Below are positions 26,871-35,282 of a stretch of DNA of 64,000 nucleotides, piece after piece (within the stretch, counting starts at the first letter, position 1; the number at the start of each line of letters is the position of its first letter). The translations under genes and the position numbers were made by a program. Source of the DNA: Spirochaetota bacterium (GTDB taxonomy: Bacteria; Spirochaetota; Spirochaetia; Treponematales; UBA12059). Below the pieces are notes generated by a model that worked only from the letters and a program-made list of their open reading frames with translations, searched no databases and was not told the origin of the DNA. The DNA lies in assembly GCA_031402655.1 (NCBI GenBank), contig JANNSO010000031.1, positions 14,860-78,859 on the forward strand, read 5' to 3'.

Positions 26871-29120
26871 TTATAAGATCCCCAGTTCGTCAAAAAGGTT
26901 TTTGTAGGTGTCGTAATATTCCGATGCGGCGAATTCTTCGATTTTTTCTTCGGGTAAGGCGGACAGAAGCTGATCCAGATAAAGAAGGACGGATTTAATG
27001 TCATGCTTCAGTTTATCGGGTACTTCTTTTGGATTGGGCAGGCCTGTGCTTTGCACCGGAGCCGCGGGCTCTTTGGCAGGAGTTTCCAAACCGGAATCCA
27101 TCTCTATGATTTCCGGAAAGTCAAAATCCTCCGTCGCAATGTCTTGCGCGGTTTCGTCGGAAGAGTTTTGCCCTACGAAGAGGGAATCATCAAGCGACAT
27201 GGAAAGCTCGTCCGGGTGTATCTGAACCGGTACTGCCGGCTTTATAAGCGAATCCTCAGAAGGCATTCCGCTGGATTCTTCTGTATGAAGATCCAGAGAG
27301 CTATCATCGTCCTCAAAAAGAAGCTCTTCCGGTTCCTCGATTTCGGGAATCGAGGCGTAATTCGCCGCAGCCGATGAATCAAGGTTCGGTTCCTCGCCGT
27401 CGATGGAGAGTATAAGATCGTCCTCGGAATCATCCATCATGATTTCTTCTATTACATCGTCGCTGGAAGGTTCTCCCCCCTGATCCTCGTGGCTTAACTC
27501 AATCAAGGGCAATTCTTCGCCAAAATCTATTTCCGACAGGTCAGGTTCAATCAGGGGAACGTCATCCAGGGCAGCCGGCTCCAGTGCCAGTTCGCCATCA
27601 GGAAATTCTTCTTCGCCCAAATCGAGATAACTGGTATCATCGGGAGCGGGGGTTATGGGACTCAAGATATCGTCAAAATCGATGGGTTCGAGATTATTAG
27701 TCTCAATGGCAGTTTCCTCGAGAAGATTTTCTTCCGCAAGGTTGATAGTTTCGATACCCGGGCCGGCTTTCAGGTAGTCGCCGTCTTCGGGCAGCAGTTC
27801 TGTATCAAAAGAAACGGTTTCATCTACCGTAACATCCGTCTGGATGTCATCCGCGCTTTCTTCCGTAAAATCGGCAGTATTAAGGATATTATCCAGTTCG
27901 TCACCGGTAAGCGCTATCGTTTCGTCGTCTTCGTCGTCAAAAAAGCCGCCTGCCGGGCTCTCTTCGGCGCTGTTTACGGTTTCTCCGACGTTTTCGCCGG
28001 CGCTGCTGGCAGACTTGGGCTCGTCTTTTATTTCTTTAAGCTGGCTTCGCAGGCTTACAAGTTCTTGCTTGATCGATGACAGTTCGCGGGCAATCTGCTC
28101 GAGCATCGAGGAAGATATGTCCTGGGGAGCCCTGTTTTGACTTCCACCGGCCAAGTCGTTCTCGACTGCCTGAAGATCGTCAAAGCCGGTTTTTCGTACT
28201 GTTTTTTTTGCCCCGTCCAGGTCGATGGTTGGCATAAACGATTCTTCGTTCTGGTCGGAATCGATAAAAGAGTCTACCCCCGTCGTTATCGAGGATGCTT
28301 TGTGCTTGCCCGAAGCGGCTGCGAGCGGAATGCGAACGGACTTTCCTAAACCGGTAAAATCTTCCGTTACGTCCTCATGTAGGACGCCTTCGCTCGCGGG
28401 CATGCCCAGGACCGATTCTTCCTCGCTGGAGTTCGTTTCAAGAAAAATATCCGGGCTTATGGAGTTCATGTCCTCGACATCGTCAAGATTAAACTCGGTA
28501 TTCGTACTGTTTGCCGAATCGGCGGCCGATGGAATGGTGTCATCGAATTGCAGGTCTATATCGATGGTTTCGAACTCGTCTTCCGCAGATTCGTCAGTGC
28601 CTGATGCCGGCGTATCTTCGTCGCTAAGGCCAAATTCCGCTAAATCCAGCGTTTCTGTCTTTTCTGTCGAAGATTCCGGCTTGAGCTCATTGGATTCATC
28701 CAAGCCGCCCATATCAAAATCATCCAGCGACAATTCCATAAGGGTATCAGTAGAGGTACTTTCCATTTTTTTGGATTTTTCCGGAATTTCCGTTGCGGGA
28801 AGGTCATAATCCAGGTCATCAAGCGGAATATCGATTATTGAATCGTCTTCGGAACCGTTAATTTCATCCAAGGAGTCAAGCGAAATTTCTTCCGCTTCGG
28901 ATAGGAAAGTTTCTTCGTTTGCGGCTTCCGGTTCCGGCATCGTAAGATCCATCGAGTCCAGATCATCAAGCAGCTCATGCTCGGTTTCGGGTTCCTCAAT
29001 GATATCTTGAGGTTCTGCCTTTACCCATACGCCATATTTTTCCAGCTCTTGTTCCGTTGTGGGCATTGATTTTTCTTTTCCTTCCGGGGTCTTGTTCTGC
29101 ATTGGTGCGCGCTCCGTCAT
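26871..29120 (-). CDS. Extremely acidic (D/E/S-rich) low-complexity protein with central coiled coil and conserved-looking C-terminal helix
   Basis: 749-aa ORF. The termini are non-repetitive: N-terminus ..EQELEKYGVWVKAEP, C-terminus ..LLYLDQLLSALPEEKIEEFAASEYYDTYKNLFDELGIL. The start may instead be the ATG at 29102 (GGAG lies 10 nt upstream). Confidence 0.7.
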   Translation of the reverse strand: MTERAPMQNKTPEGKEKSMPTTEQELEKYGVWVKAEPQDIIEEPETEHELLDDLDSMDLTMPEPEAANEETFLSEAEEISLDSLDEINGSEDDSIIDIPLDDLDYDLPATEIPEKSKKMESTSTDTLMELSLDDFDMGGLDESNELKPESSTEKTETLDLAEFGLSDEDTPASGTDESAEDEFETIDIDLQFDDTIPSAADSANSTNTEFNLDDVEDMNSISPDIFLETNSSEEESVLGMPASEGVLHEDVTEDFTGLGKSVRIPLAAASGKHKASSITTGVDSFIDSDQNEESFMPTIDLDGAKKTVRKTGFDDLQAVENDLAGGSQNRAPQDISSSMLEQIARELSSIKQELVSLRSQLKEIKDEPKSASSAGENVGETVNSAEESPAGGFFDDEDDETIALTGDELDNILNTADFTEESADDIQTDVTVDETVSFDTELLPEDGDYLKAGPGIETINLAEENLLEETAIETNNLEPIDFDDILSPITPAPDDTSYLDLGEEEFPDGELALEPAALDDVPLIEPDLSEIDFGEELPLIELSHEDQGGEPSSDDVIEEIMMDDSEDDLILSIDGEEPNLDSSAAANYASIPEIEEPEELLFEDDDSSLDLHTEESSGMPSEDSLIKPAVPVQIHPDELSMSLDDSLFVGQNSSDETAQDIATEDFDFPEIIEMDSGLETPAKEPAAPVQSTGLPNPKEVPDKLKHDIKSVLLYLDQLLSALPEEKIEEFAASEYYDTYKNLFDELGIL

Positions 29121-29138
29121 CGGAATGATTCTTGTAAA

Positions 29139-29166
29139 GTATCGGCACAGTACACAAAATATGTTA
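29139..29166 (-). promoter_or_regulatory. Candidate sigma28 (FliA)-like promoter (TAACATAT-N12-GCCGATAC)
   Basis: The minus strand reads taacatat tttgtgtactgt gccgatac, about 20-35 nt upstream of the candidate starts of the acidic-protein gene. The match is imperfect. A sigma70-like TTGACA-N17-TAGAGT also sits at 29186-29214 on the minus strand. Confidence 0.3.
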
Positions 29167-29435
29167 CAAGAAACTTGTCACTATAACTCTAATAAGCCTT
29201 TTGCATATTGTCAACTCGAAGATGGAGATGTTTGATAATTTGGACAGCTATCCTTAGTAAGCCGGGGTAAGGAAATCTAGAGCGCAGTGCGCAAAACTCT
29301 ATGTTTTTCGTTATTTCGTACTATACTGCGAAATTCGACAAGGTTAGTATCTTGAATAGGCGTATTGCAAGAAATGAGGGGGAAATCAGCTTTGAGTAGT
29401 CAAGATTTTCAGGCGACCTACCGAAAATAACAACG

Positions 29436-29873
29436 ATGAAGCGGGTACTACTCACCAGTTTATGGCTTACTATTGTCAGTTACCTCCTCATATCGGGAAT
29501 ATTCGGAAATTCCGGCCTTATCGCAATGCAAAAAGCATCCGAGATATCGCTGGCAATGGAAGAAAATATTCGCGTGCTGCAGGAAAAAAACGCAGATTAC
29601 ACAATGAACCTTCAAAGTCTCGTCGATTCACCCGAAAGAATAGCCCAGGAAGGGCGTTCCCTTGGATATCTAGGCATTAACGAAGTGGCTTTAACCATTA
29701 AAAACAGGAAAAGCCCGCCGGTAAGCACAGCCAATGCAGGTTTTTTGCTAAGCTACACGGCACCGGTTCTATGCCAGGATAAAACTGCCCGATTATACGC
29801 GCTTTCCCTGGGTGTCCTGGTATTCCTGGTATATGGATTCCTACTGTTCATAAAAAACCGCAAAATCCGTTAG
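29436..29873 (+). CDS. FtsB/DivIC-like septum formation initiator with an extra C-terminal TM segment
   Basis: An N-terminal TM is followed by GNSGLIAMQK, a coiled coil, and ..ERIAQEGRSLGYLGINEVAL. This parallels E. coli FtsB (GKNGIHDY ... ARNELSMVKPGETF). Confidence 0.6.
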   Translation: MKRVLLTSLWLTIVSYLLISGIFGNSGLIAMQKASEISLAMEENIRVLQEKNADYTMNLQSLVDSPERIAQEGRSLGYLGINEVALTIKNRKSPPVSTANAGFLLSYTAPVLCQDKTARLYALSLGVLVFLVYGFLLFIKNRKIR

Positions 29874-30808
29874 CGGGCTATTCGCTTCCACTGGGATTGC
29901 CGCGTAAACGAGTTGTCTATCTGCATGGAATCGCCGCTGCCGGATGCCGCAATCGCCTCTTTTGTACCGCTTAAAAGGAGCCCGTCCAGGGTGAGCAGAA
30001 ATAGCCAGCGCATGGGACGCGCCTGTGCCGCAATTCGTACGGCCATAGCTTGGCTGATTTTGTCCGTTCTATACATGCGCGGATCATTGGGCTGATTCTG
30101 CAGCACCGTTATCGTCGATCCCGCTATGGAAATTTTAACCTTCATGATGCCACCGGCGCTTAAAATAGCCACGCCGCTGCCGTCCGCGAAAATTCTTACC
30201 GACTCAAGCCCCTTGTCGCCTTGCCATGTTCCCACTAATTCCGAAGACTTTACCGTGGTTTTATATTCCCCCGGTTCTGCTGAGGCTGGCGAAGTACCGG
30301 TTTGGCCGCCGATGGCGGGCTGCGCGGCGGAATTGGATGCGCCTGAGTTCTCCACCCGGCCGAACAGGCTTCGCGTCAGGGGTTTTACTTTCTGAACTAT
30401 GTCATTTATCGTGTTTGAGGTTTCCGAGACTGAGATTTTTTCGCTGGTAAAAACCTTCGTGTTGTCCAGGGTTAAAATATACAGCTCTCCGACTTTGCCT
30501 ATGCTTCCGGTGACGATATAATCCGCCACGAGGGTCGTGCCCATGCTCACCGAGGCTCCCAGGGCCAGAGCATTTTCCGTTTCCGTAAGCGCCAGCTCTT
30601 TTCCGGTATTGTCCATGACGCGGAATGTTTTAAGCTCCACGATAAACGAGCTTACAAGCCGCTCGAGGGTGGAAAGCTCGCTGGGGGTAAGGACATTTCC
30701 GGAAAACGAAGATACGCGCACCACGGGAACCTTTCCGGATTGCCCGTAGAGCGCAGCTGCGGCCGCCAGTAAAACAATCATGATGCCCGCTTTGGTACTT
30801 TGCTTCAT
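29870..30808 (-). CDS. Secreted hypothetical protein
   Basis: The signal peptide is ..IMIVLLAAAAALYGQ. The N-terminal half resembles small periplasmic CsgG/LpoB/TolB-N-like folds only loosely. Confidence 0.5.
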   Translation of the reverse strand: MKQSTKAGIMIVLLAAAAALYGQSGKVPVVRVSSFSGNVLTPSELSTLERLVSSFIVELKTFRVMDNTGKELALTETENALALGASVSMGTTLVADYIVTGSIGKVGELYILTLDNTKVFTSEKISVSETSNTINDIVQKVKPLTRSLFGRVENSGASNSAAQPAIGGQTGTSPASAEPGEYKTTVKSSELVGTWQGDKGLESVRIFADGSGVAILSAGGIMKVKISIAGSTITVLQNQPNDPRMYRTDKISQAMAVRIAAQARPMRWLFLLTLDGLLLSGTKEAIAASGSGDSMQIDNSFTRQSQWKRIAR

Positions 30809-30834
30809 GTTGACCTCCAGTTTTCGATGTCCAC

Positions 30835-30886
30835 GTTACATTTTGGAAGTGTTGAAAATCCTCATCCGAGGTTTTTCAACACCCCG
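30835..30886 (+). repeat. Dispersed palindromic repeat, family A, copy 1
   Basis: gttacattttggaagtgttgaaaatcctcatccgaggtttttcaacacc recurs at 38967-39018 in the same orientation. The hairpin at 30849-30882 has a 15-bp stem with one mismatch. It lies immediately 3' of the ParB-like gene. Confidence 0.75.
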
Positions 30887-31297
30887 TTAATCGGTATAAC
30901 CAAAAATTTTCTTAAAAAACCGGACAATCGCCTGCCATATCCTGCCAAAAAATCCGGGATTCCGGAGTTTTTGCAGGCGACGCAATGCTTCGTCCACTTC
31001 GTCACGGCTTAAAGGAATCCTATGGATGTTTTCGTCCAGTTCGAGTTCCAGGAGGTCGGCTGCGTCCCGGCCGCGAAGGATGACGGCGTCTATCGTGGGC
31101 CAGCCCAGGCTTTTTGCGGCTTCAAGCCTACGCCTGCCGGAAACAAGAATTTTGTTTTGCGTCAATACGATGGGGTGCAATTGCCCAAAACGGTTAAGGC
31201 TCTCCGCAAGTCCCTGAATATCGCCGAGATTTTTGCGAACGCGGCGTTTTATGCGTATGCCCTTTATATTGACTTGCACCAGAGCCCTCCGGTACAA
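30887..31297 (-). CDS. Small ParB/Srx-like N-terminal-domain protein with hydrophobic/amphipathic tail
   Basis: ..LAESLNRFGQLHPIVL....LVSGRRRLEAAKSLGW..IDAVIL matches the ParB N-domain, including the GxxR arginine patch. No HTH or dimerisation domain is present. The tail is FFGRIWQAIVRFFKKIF. Confidence 0.7.
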   Translation of the reverse strand: MYRRALVQVNIKGIRIKRRVRKNLGDIQGLAESLNRFGQLHPIVLTQNKILVSGRRRLEAAKSLGWPTIDAVILRGRDAADLLELELDENIHRIPLSRDEVDEALRRLQKLRNPGFFGRIWQAIVRFFKKIFGYTD

Positions 31298-31317
31298 GTT
31301 TAATGCGCGGCTTTCAC

Positions 31318-33831
31318 TTAATCAAGAAGCGAGTTTGGGTCTCCTTCTTCTTTTTTGAGCGAGTTGATTATGGAATCAAGGTCGGGAACTTCAATGTTCA
31401 GGGTTGAATCGATGGACGTGGTGCCCAGTGCGTCGCTTTGCTGCGTCAGCATGCGGATGGCATCCTGAGCCTGTTCCGATTTTTGCTGGTGCAGGTCGCA
31501 GTAGCGGTTGGGGACGCCTCTGTCATCGTAAAACAGGAGACTTACCGTACCCTCATCGCAGAACTCCGTAGGAAGGAGACCCGATACGCTGCAAACTTTA
31601 ATGTCTACGAGCCCGGATTGAGGCCTGACAAAGTCCCGGTAGGGGAGTCCCCTATGAATCTGTTTCATGTAGTCCGCCCATGCCGCTCCGGCCACGACAG
31701 CTCCCGATTGAAGCACGCCCAGCGAGTTGCCCGGAAGGTCGAAGCCAAACCAGATTGCCGTCGTCATGTAAGGCGTAAAACCGACGGTCCATGCATCGGC
31801 CCAGTTCTGGGTGGTACCGGTCTTTCCCGCGGCAGGCATGATGAATTTCTTCCCTTCGGCATTTTTATAGCTAAAGACCGTGCCTGCGTTGGTAGGACCT
31901 TGGAGGGTTCCGTCGCTGACGACCCGTTTGAGCATATCGGTCATCACATAGGCATTTTGGGGTGATATAACCTGGATGGCGGCGCCCTTTTTCTTTTGCT
32001 GGGTCCGGAGGACTTTTTCGGGCTCCAGAATTATTTTTCCGTTTCTGTCGTCGATGGATCGTATCGCGATGGGTGTGGTTTCTTTGCCCCCGTTGGCGAA
32101 AATAGAGAAGGCCCGTGCCATTTTAAGAGGGGAAACCGAGCTGATGCCCAGCCCCAAGGGGTACAGACGCGGGAACGTGGAGCGAATTTCTTCGGGGTCG
32201 GTAATCCCCAAAAGGGAGGCCGCGCGGTTGATCGCGGCGTCGAAGCCGATTCCGTCCAAAACTTTTATGGAGGGAACATTCATGGATTTTGCCAATGCGT
32301 ACCAGGTAAGTACCTGTCCCTTCCATTCGCCTTTATAGTTTAAGGGGATGAATGGGGTACCGTCATCATTATAGAAAACCACGGGGGCGTCGTAGATCAA
32401 GGTTCCCTGGGTAAAAAGCCTTGAGTCTATGGCGGCGGAGTAATACAGGGGCTTGAAGCAGGATCCCGGCTGGAGCTGGGATTGCGTTGCCCGGATAAAC
32501 TGGTTTGATCCGCCGAATTTTGACCCGCCTACAAGGGCCAGGATATAGCCCTTGTCGTTGTCCAGGGTTATAAGGGCGCATTCCACCGTGTTTTTGGCCA
32601 GTTCGGTTTTCGTGGCGCCATAACTGGCGTTTGTGACGATTTTTAGCGACTCTATGCCGAACATAAGCGCAAGCGCATCGGCGGTGGGGTTTATGTTCGT
32701 GCGATATTGCTCCATCGCCTTGCCCTGTACTTTTGTCTGGTTCAGGAAAATAGGTTCCAGATTGAAGGCAAGACCCATAAGCTCCGCCAGCGGCACATAG
32801 GTTCCCGTCGCCTCGCTTAAGCGGAAAGAGCTCGTTTCCAGGTAGCTTTTATTGGCTTGCTCAAGATACTGCGACATGTATTTATCAGCGACCCCCTGGT
32901 AATCGAGGTTCAGGGTGGTATGTATGGTCAAGCCGTCCTTGTACAGGTCGGTTGAGCCGTAGAGCATGCCCTCAAGCTCGCGGAGAACGTATTCGCTAAA
33001 CCAGGGTGCCTTGTCGTCCCGGTTGTAGAATGCTGACGTGGCCACGCGCGTGTAGTCGTAATTATCCCAATAGGCGGAGAACGATTCGTCCGCGGCCTCC
33101 TTGGTGGCATAGCCGAGCTTTACCATCTGGTCCAGCACTTCGCGGGAACGGGCGTAGGCCAGGTTGGGATTACGTATGGGGTTATAGCGCGTCGGGCTGG
33201 CCAGGAGGATTACGAGAATCGCGGATTCCGCCAGCGATGCTTCCTTGGCCGAATGGTTGAAGAAATATTTGCTGGCGGCTTCGAAACCGTACACGCCGGG
33301 TCCCATGTTCATGCGGTTCATGTATTTTTCTAGGATTTCCTGCTTCGAGAAGCGTCGCTCCAGCTGCAATGCCCACCAGAGTTCCACCATCTTCCTTCGA
33401 ATGCTTATTTCCGTGCGGTCCGCGTAGATGTCGCCGGCGAGCTGCAGGGTAATGGTTGAGCCGCCGCCCAGGCTTTTGCGCATCAGGATTCCCGCTACTG
33501 CGCGAAAATACCCTTTTATGGTAAATCCGGGGTGGGTCCAGAATGACTGATCCTCCCGCGTTATGAGCGCGTCGATAAGGTGCTGCGGCAGCTCCGTAAT
33601 GGAAACGATTTCCCGTTTTTCATCGGATACGAATTCCGTAATAAGGCGCCCTTCGATATCCAGAACCCTGGAAGGAAGAGCGGGGTCGAACTCGGAGAAA
33701 TTTTCCGTTGCGATGGTGTTTTTTGTGGAGGCGATCGCCATTCCGAACATGATACCTACGGTAATCGCAAAAAAGAGCGTAACTCCGGCAAGTATCAGAA
33801 GCGCGACGCGCAGTTTATTGTGTTGTACCAT
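31318..33831 (-). CDS. mrcA: Penicillin-binding protein 1A (bifunctional transglycosylase/transpeptidase)
   Basis: The GT51 motif is REDQSFWTHPG. The transpeptidase motifs are SCFKP (SxxK), SMN (SxN) and KTGT. An N-terminal TM anchor is present. Confidence 0.9.
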   Translation of the reverse strand: MVQHNKLRVALLILAGVTLFFAITVGIMFGMAIASTKNTIATENFSEFDPALPSRVLDIEGRLITEFVSDEKREIVSITELPQHLIDALITREDQSFWTHPGFTIKGYFRAVAGILMRKSLGGGSTITLQLAGDIYADRTEISIRRKMVELWWALQLERRFSKQEILEKYMNRMNMGPGVYGFEAASKYFFNHSAKEASLAESAILVILLASPTRYNPIRNPNLAYARSREVLDQMVKLGYATKEAADESFSAYWDNYDYTRVATSAFYNRDDKAPWFSEYVLRELEGMLYGSTDLYKDGLTIHTTLNLDYQGVADKYMSQYLEQANKSYLETSSFRLSEATGTYVPLAELMGLAFNLEPIFLNQTKVQGKAMEQYRTNINPTADALALMFGIESLKIVTNASYGATKTELAKNTVECALITLDNDKGYILALVGGSKFGGSNQFIRATQSQLQPGSCFKPLYYSAAIDSRLFTQGTLIYDAPVVFYNDDGTPFIPLNYKGEWKGQVLTWYALAKSMNVPSIKVLDGIGFDAAINRAASLLGITDPEEIRSTFPRLYPLGLGISSVSPLKMARAFSIFANGGKETTPIAIRSIDDRNGKIILEPEKVLRTQQKKKGAAIQVISPQNAYVMTDMLKRVVSDGTLQGPTNAGTVFSYKNAEGKKFIMPAAGKTGTTQNWADAWTVGFTPYMTTAIWFGFDLPGNSLGVLQSGAVVAGAAWADYMKQIHRGLPYRDFVRPQSGLVDIKVCSVSGLLPTEFCDEGTVSLLFYDDRGVPNRYCDLHQQKSEQAQDAIRMLTQQSDALGTTSIDSTLNIEVPDLDSIINSLKKEEGDPNSLLD

Positions 33832-33914
33832 GACCTGCTTAGGTTATGCGAAAGTCGGAAGCTTGGTCAAGCAGAGTGCTTGGCAAGTACGGGAGCTTAT
33901 CCTATACTTCGGCC

Positions 33915-35282
33915 ATGAGCTCAATACGCGTACCCACCGAACTCAAGGAATTTGCCGCTGTTTTTAAGGCGGCCGGATTTATGTGCTACATAGTAGGCGG
34001 TGCGGTGCGCGACAGCCTCCTGGGGCTGCCCGTTGCCGACTGGGACATTGCCACCGACGCCCTGCCCACGGACGTCATGCGGCTGTTTAAGAATGTAATT
34101 CCCACGGGTTTGCAGCATGGAACCCTTACGGTCCGCTGGCGCGGAAAATCCCTCGAGACCACGACCTTTCGTCTGGACGGCGGCTACAGCGACGGCCGGC
34201 GTCCCGATTCGGTTGAATTTACGTCGGACCTGAAGGCAGATCTTTCGCGGCGGGATTTTACCATAAACGGCATGGCGGTGGACCCCGCGGACGGGCTTGT
34301 CGTCGACCCTTTCGGAGGCAGGGCGGACCTAAAAGCCCGAATCATCCGTGCCATCGGCGACCCCATGGTCCGCTTCGACGAGGATGGCCTGCGCCCACTG
34401 CGCGCCATCCGCTTCGCCCTGCGCCTGGGCTTCGCGATCGACGCGGCCACCTTCGACGCGATTCCTTCGCGCATCGCTAAATTCCGCCTTGTTTCGCCTG
34501 AGCGCGTCCGCGATGAAATTTCCAGGATGCTCGCATGCGCCAAGCCGAGTGAAGGTTTTTTGATGCTTGAGAAGTCGGGCCTGCTTGCGGAAATTTTTCC
34601 CGAGCTGCAGGCCTGCCGCGGCGTGCTTCAAGGTTTACTGCACAGTTTCGACGTGCTGGATCACTGTATCGCCTCCTGCGATGCGGCTCCCCCCGAGCTG
34701 GAGCTGCGTTTGGCCGCGCTGCTTCACGATGTGGCGAAACCCGCGTGCAGGACGGAAGAGCCTGGCGGCCTGATTCATTTTTACGGCCACGACAGCGCAT
34801 CGGCGGCCATGGCAGGGGGAATTCTTCGCCGCCTCAAGTATCCCAATGCGGTCGTCGATATCGTGACGCATCTCGTGCGCCACCACATGTTCGACTACGG
34901 CCCGCAATGGACGGATTCCGCGCTGCGCCGATTCGCAGCCAGGGTTGGGCTCGATTACATGCGGCCGCTCGTGCGCTTGCGGCTTGCGGACTCGGCTGGG
35001 ATGCGCGGCGCACCGGCCGATCCGCGCACGGTTATGCCGCTCCTGGAAAGGCTGGATGCGCTGGTTGCGGCCGACAACGCGTTTTGCGTAAAGGACCTCG
35101 CGGTAAACGGCAACGACCTGCTCAAGGCCGGCATTGCAAAGGGGCCGGTGATGGGTAAAATACTGGCGGAGCTTCTGGAAGCGGTACTGGACGATCCAGC
35201 CCTTAACGAGCGCGGCCGCCTCCTGGATATAGCCTCGAAGGTAAAGGAAAAGTACGGCCCTTTCCTTTCCGGCGACGAGTAA
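33915..35282 (+). CDS. cca: CCA-adding tRNA nucleotidyltransferase / poly(A) polymerase family with HD domain
   Basis: GGAVRDSLLG..DWDIAT and RRDFTINGMA are present, and the HD region has LLHDVAKP. The start is taken at the ATG at 33915 (MSSIRVP). Confidence 0.85.
   Translation: MSSIRVPTELKEFAAVFKAAGFMCYIVGGAVRDSLLGLPVADWDIATDALPTDVMRLFKNVIPTGLQHGTLTVRWRGKSLETTTFRLDGGYSDGRRPDSVEFTSDLKADLSRRDFTINGMAVDPADGLVVDPFGGRADLKARIIRAIGDPMVRFDEDGLRPLRAIRFALRLGFAIDAATFDAIPSRIAKFRLVSPERVRDEISRMLACAKPSEGFLMLEKSGLLAEIFPELQACRGVLQGLLHSFDVLDHCIASCDAAPPELELRLAALLHDVAKPACRTEEPGGLIHFYGHDSASAAMAGGILRRLKYPNAVVDIVTHLVRHHMFDYGPQWTDSALRRFAARVGLDYMRPLVRLRLADSAGMRGAPADPRTVMPLLERLDALVAADNAFCVKDLAVNGNDLLKAGIAKGPVMGKILAELLEAVLDDPALNERGRLLDIASKVKEKYGPFLSGDE

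Noticed and set aside
26871-29120. Acidic protein gene as a tandem-repeat contingency locus or non-coding low-complexity DNA
   Set aside because: I could not see a strict nucleotide periodicity. The frame stays open for 749 codons with ordered, non-repetitive termini, so a real low-complexity protein is more likely.
29121-29435. 315-bp AT-richer intergenic region as a possible tRNA/ncRNA gene
   Set aside because: I could not fold a cloverleaf or find conserved tRNA boxes. The position between divergent genes and the promoter-like hexamers fit a divergent promoter region. An sRNA cannot be excluded without expression data.
30887-31297. ParB-like gene as a marker of a plasmid, prophage or integrative element
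   Set aside because: No ParA, integrase, relaxase, phage structural genes or att-like direct repeats lie nearby. The flanking genes are core housekeeping (mrcA, cca, trmB).
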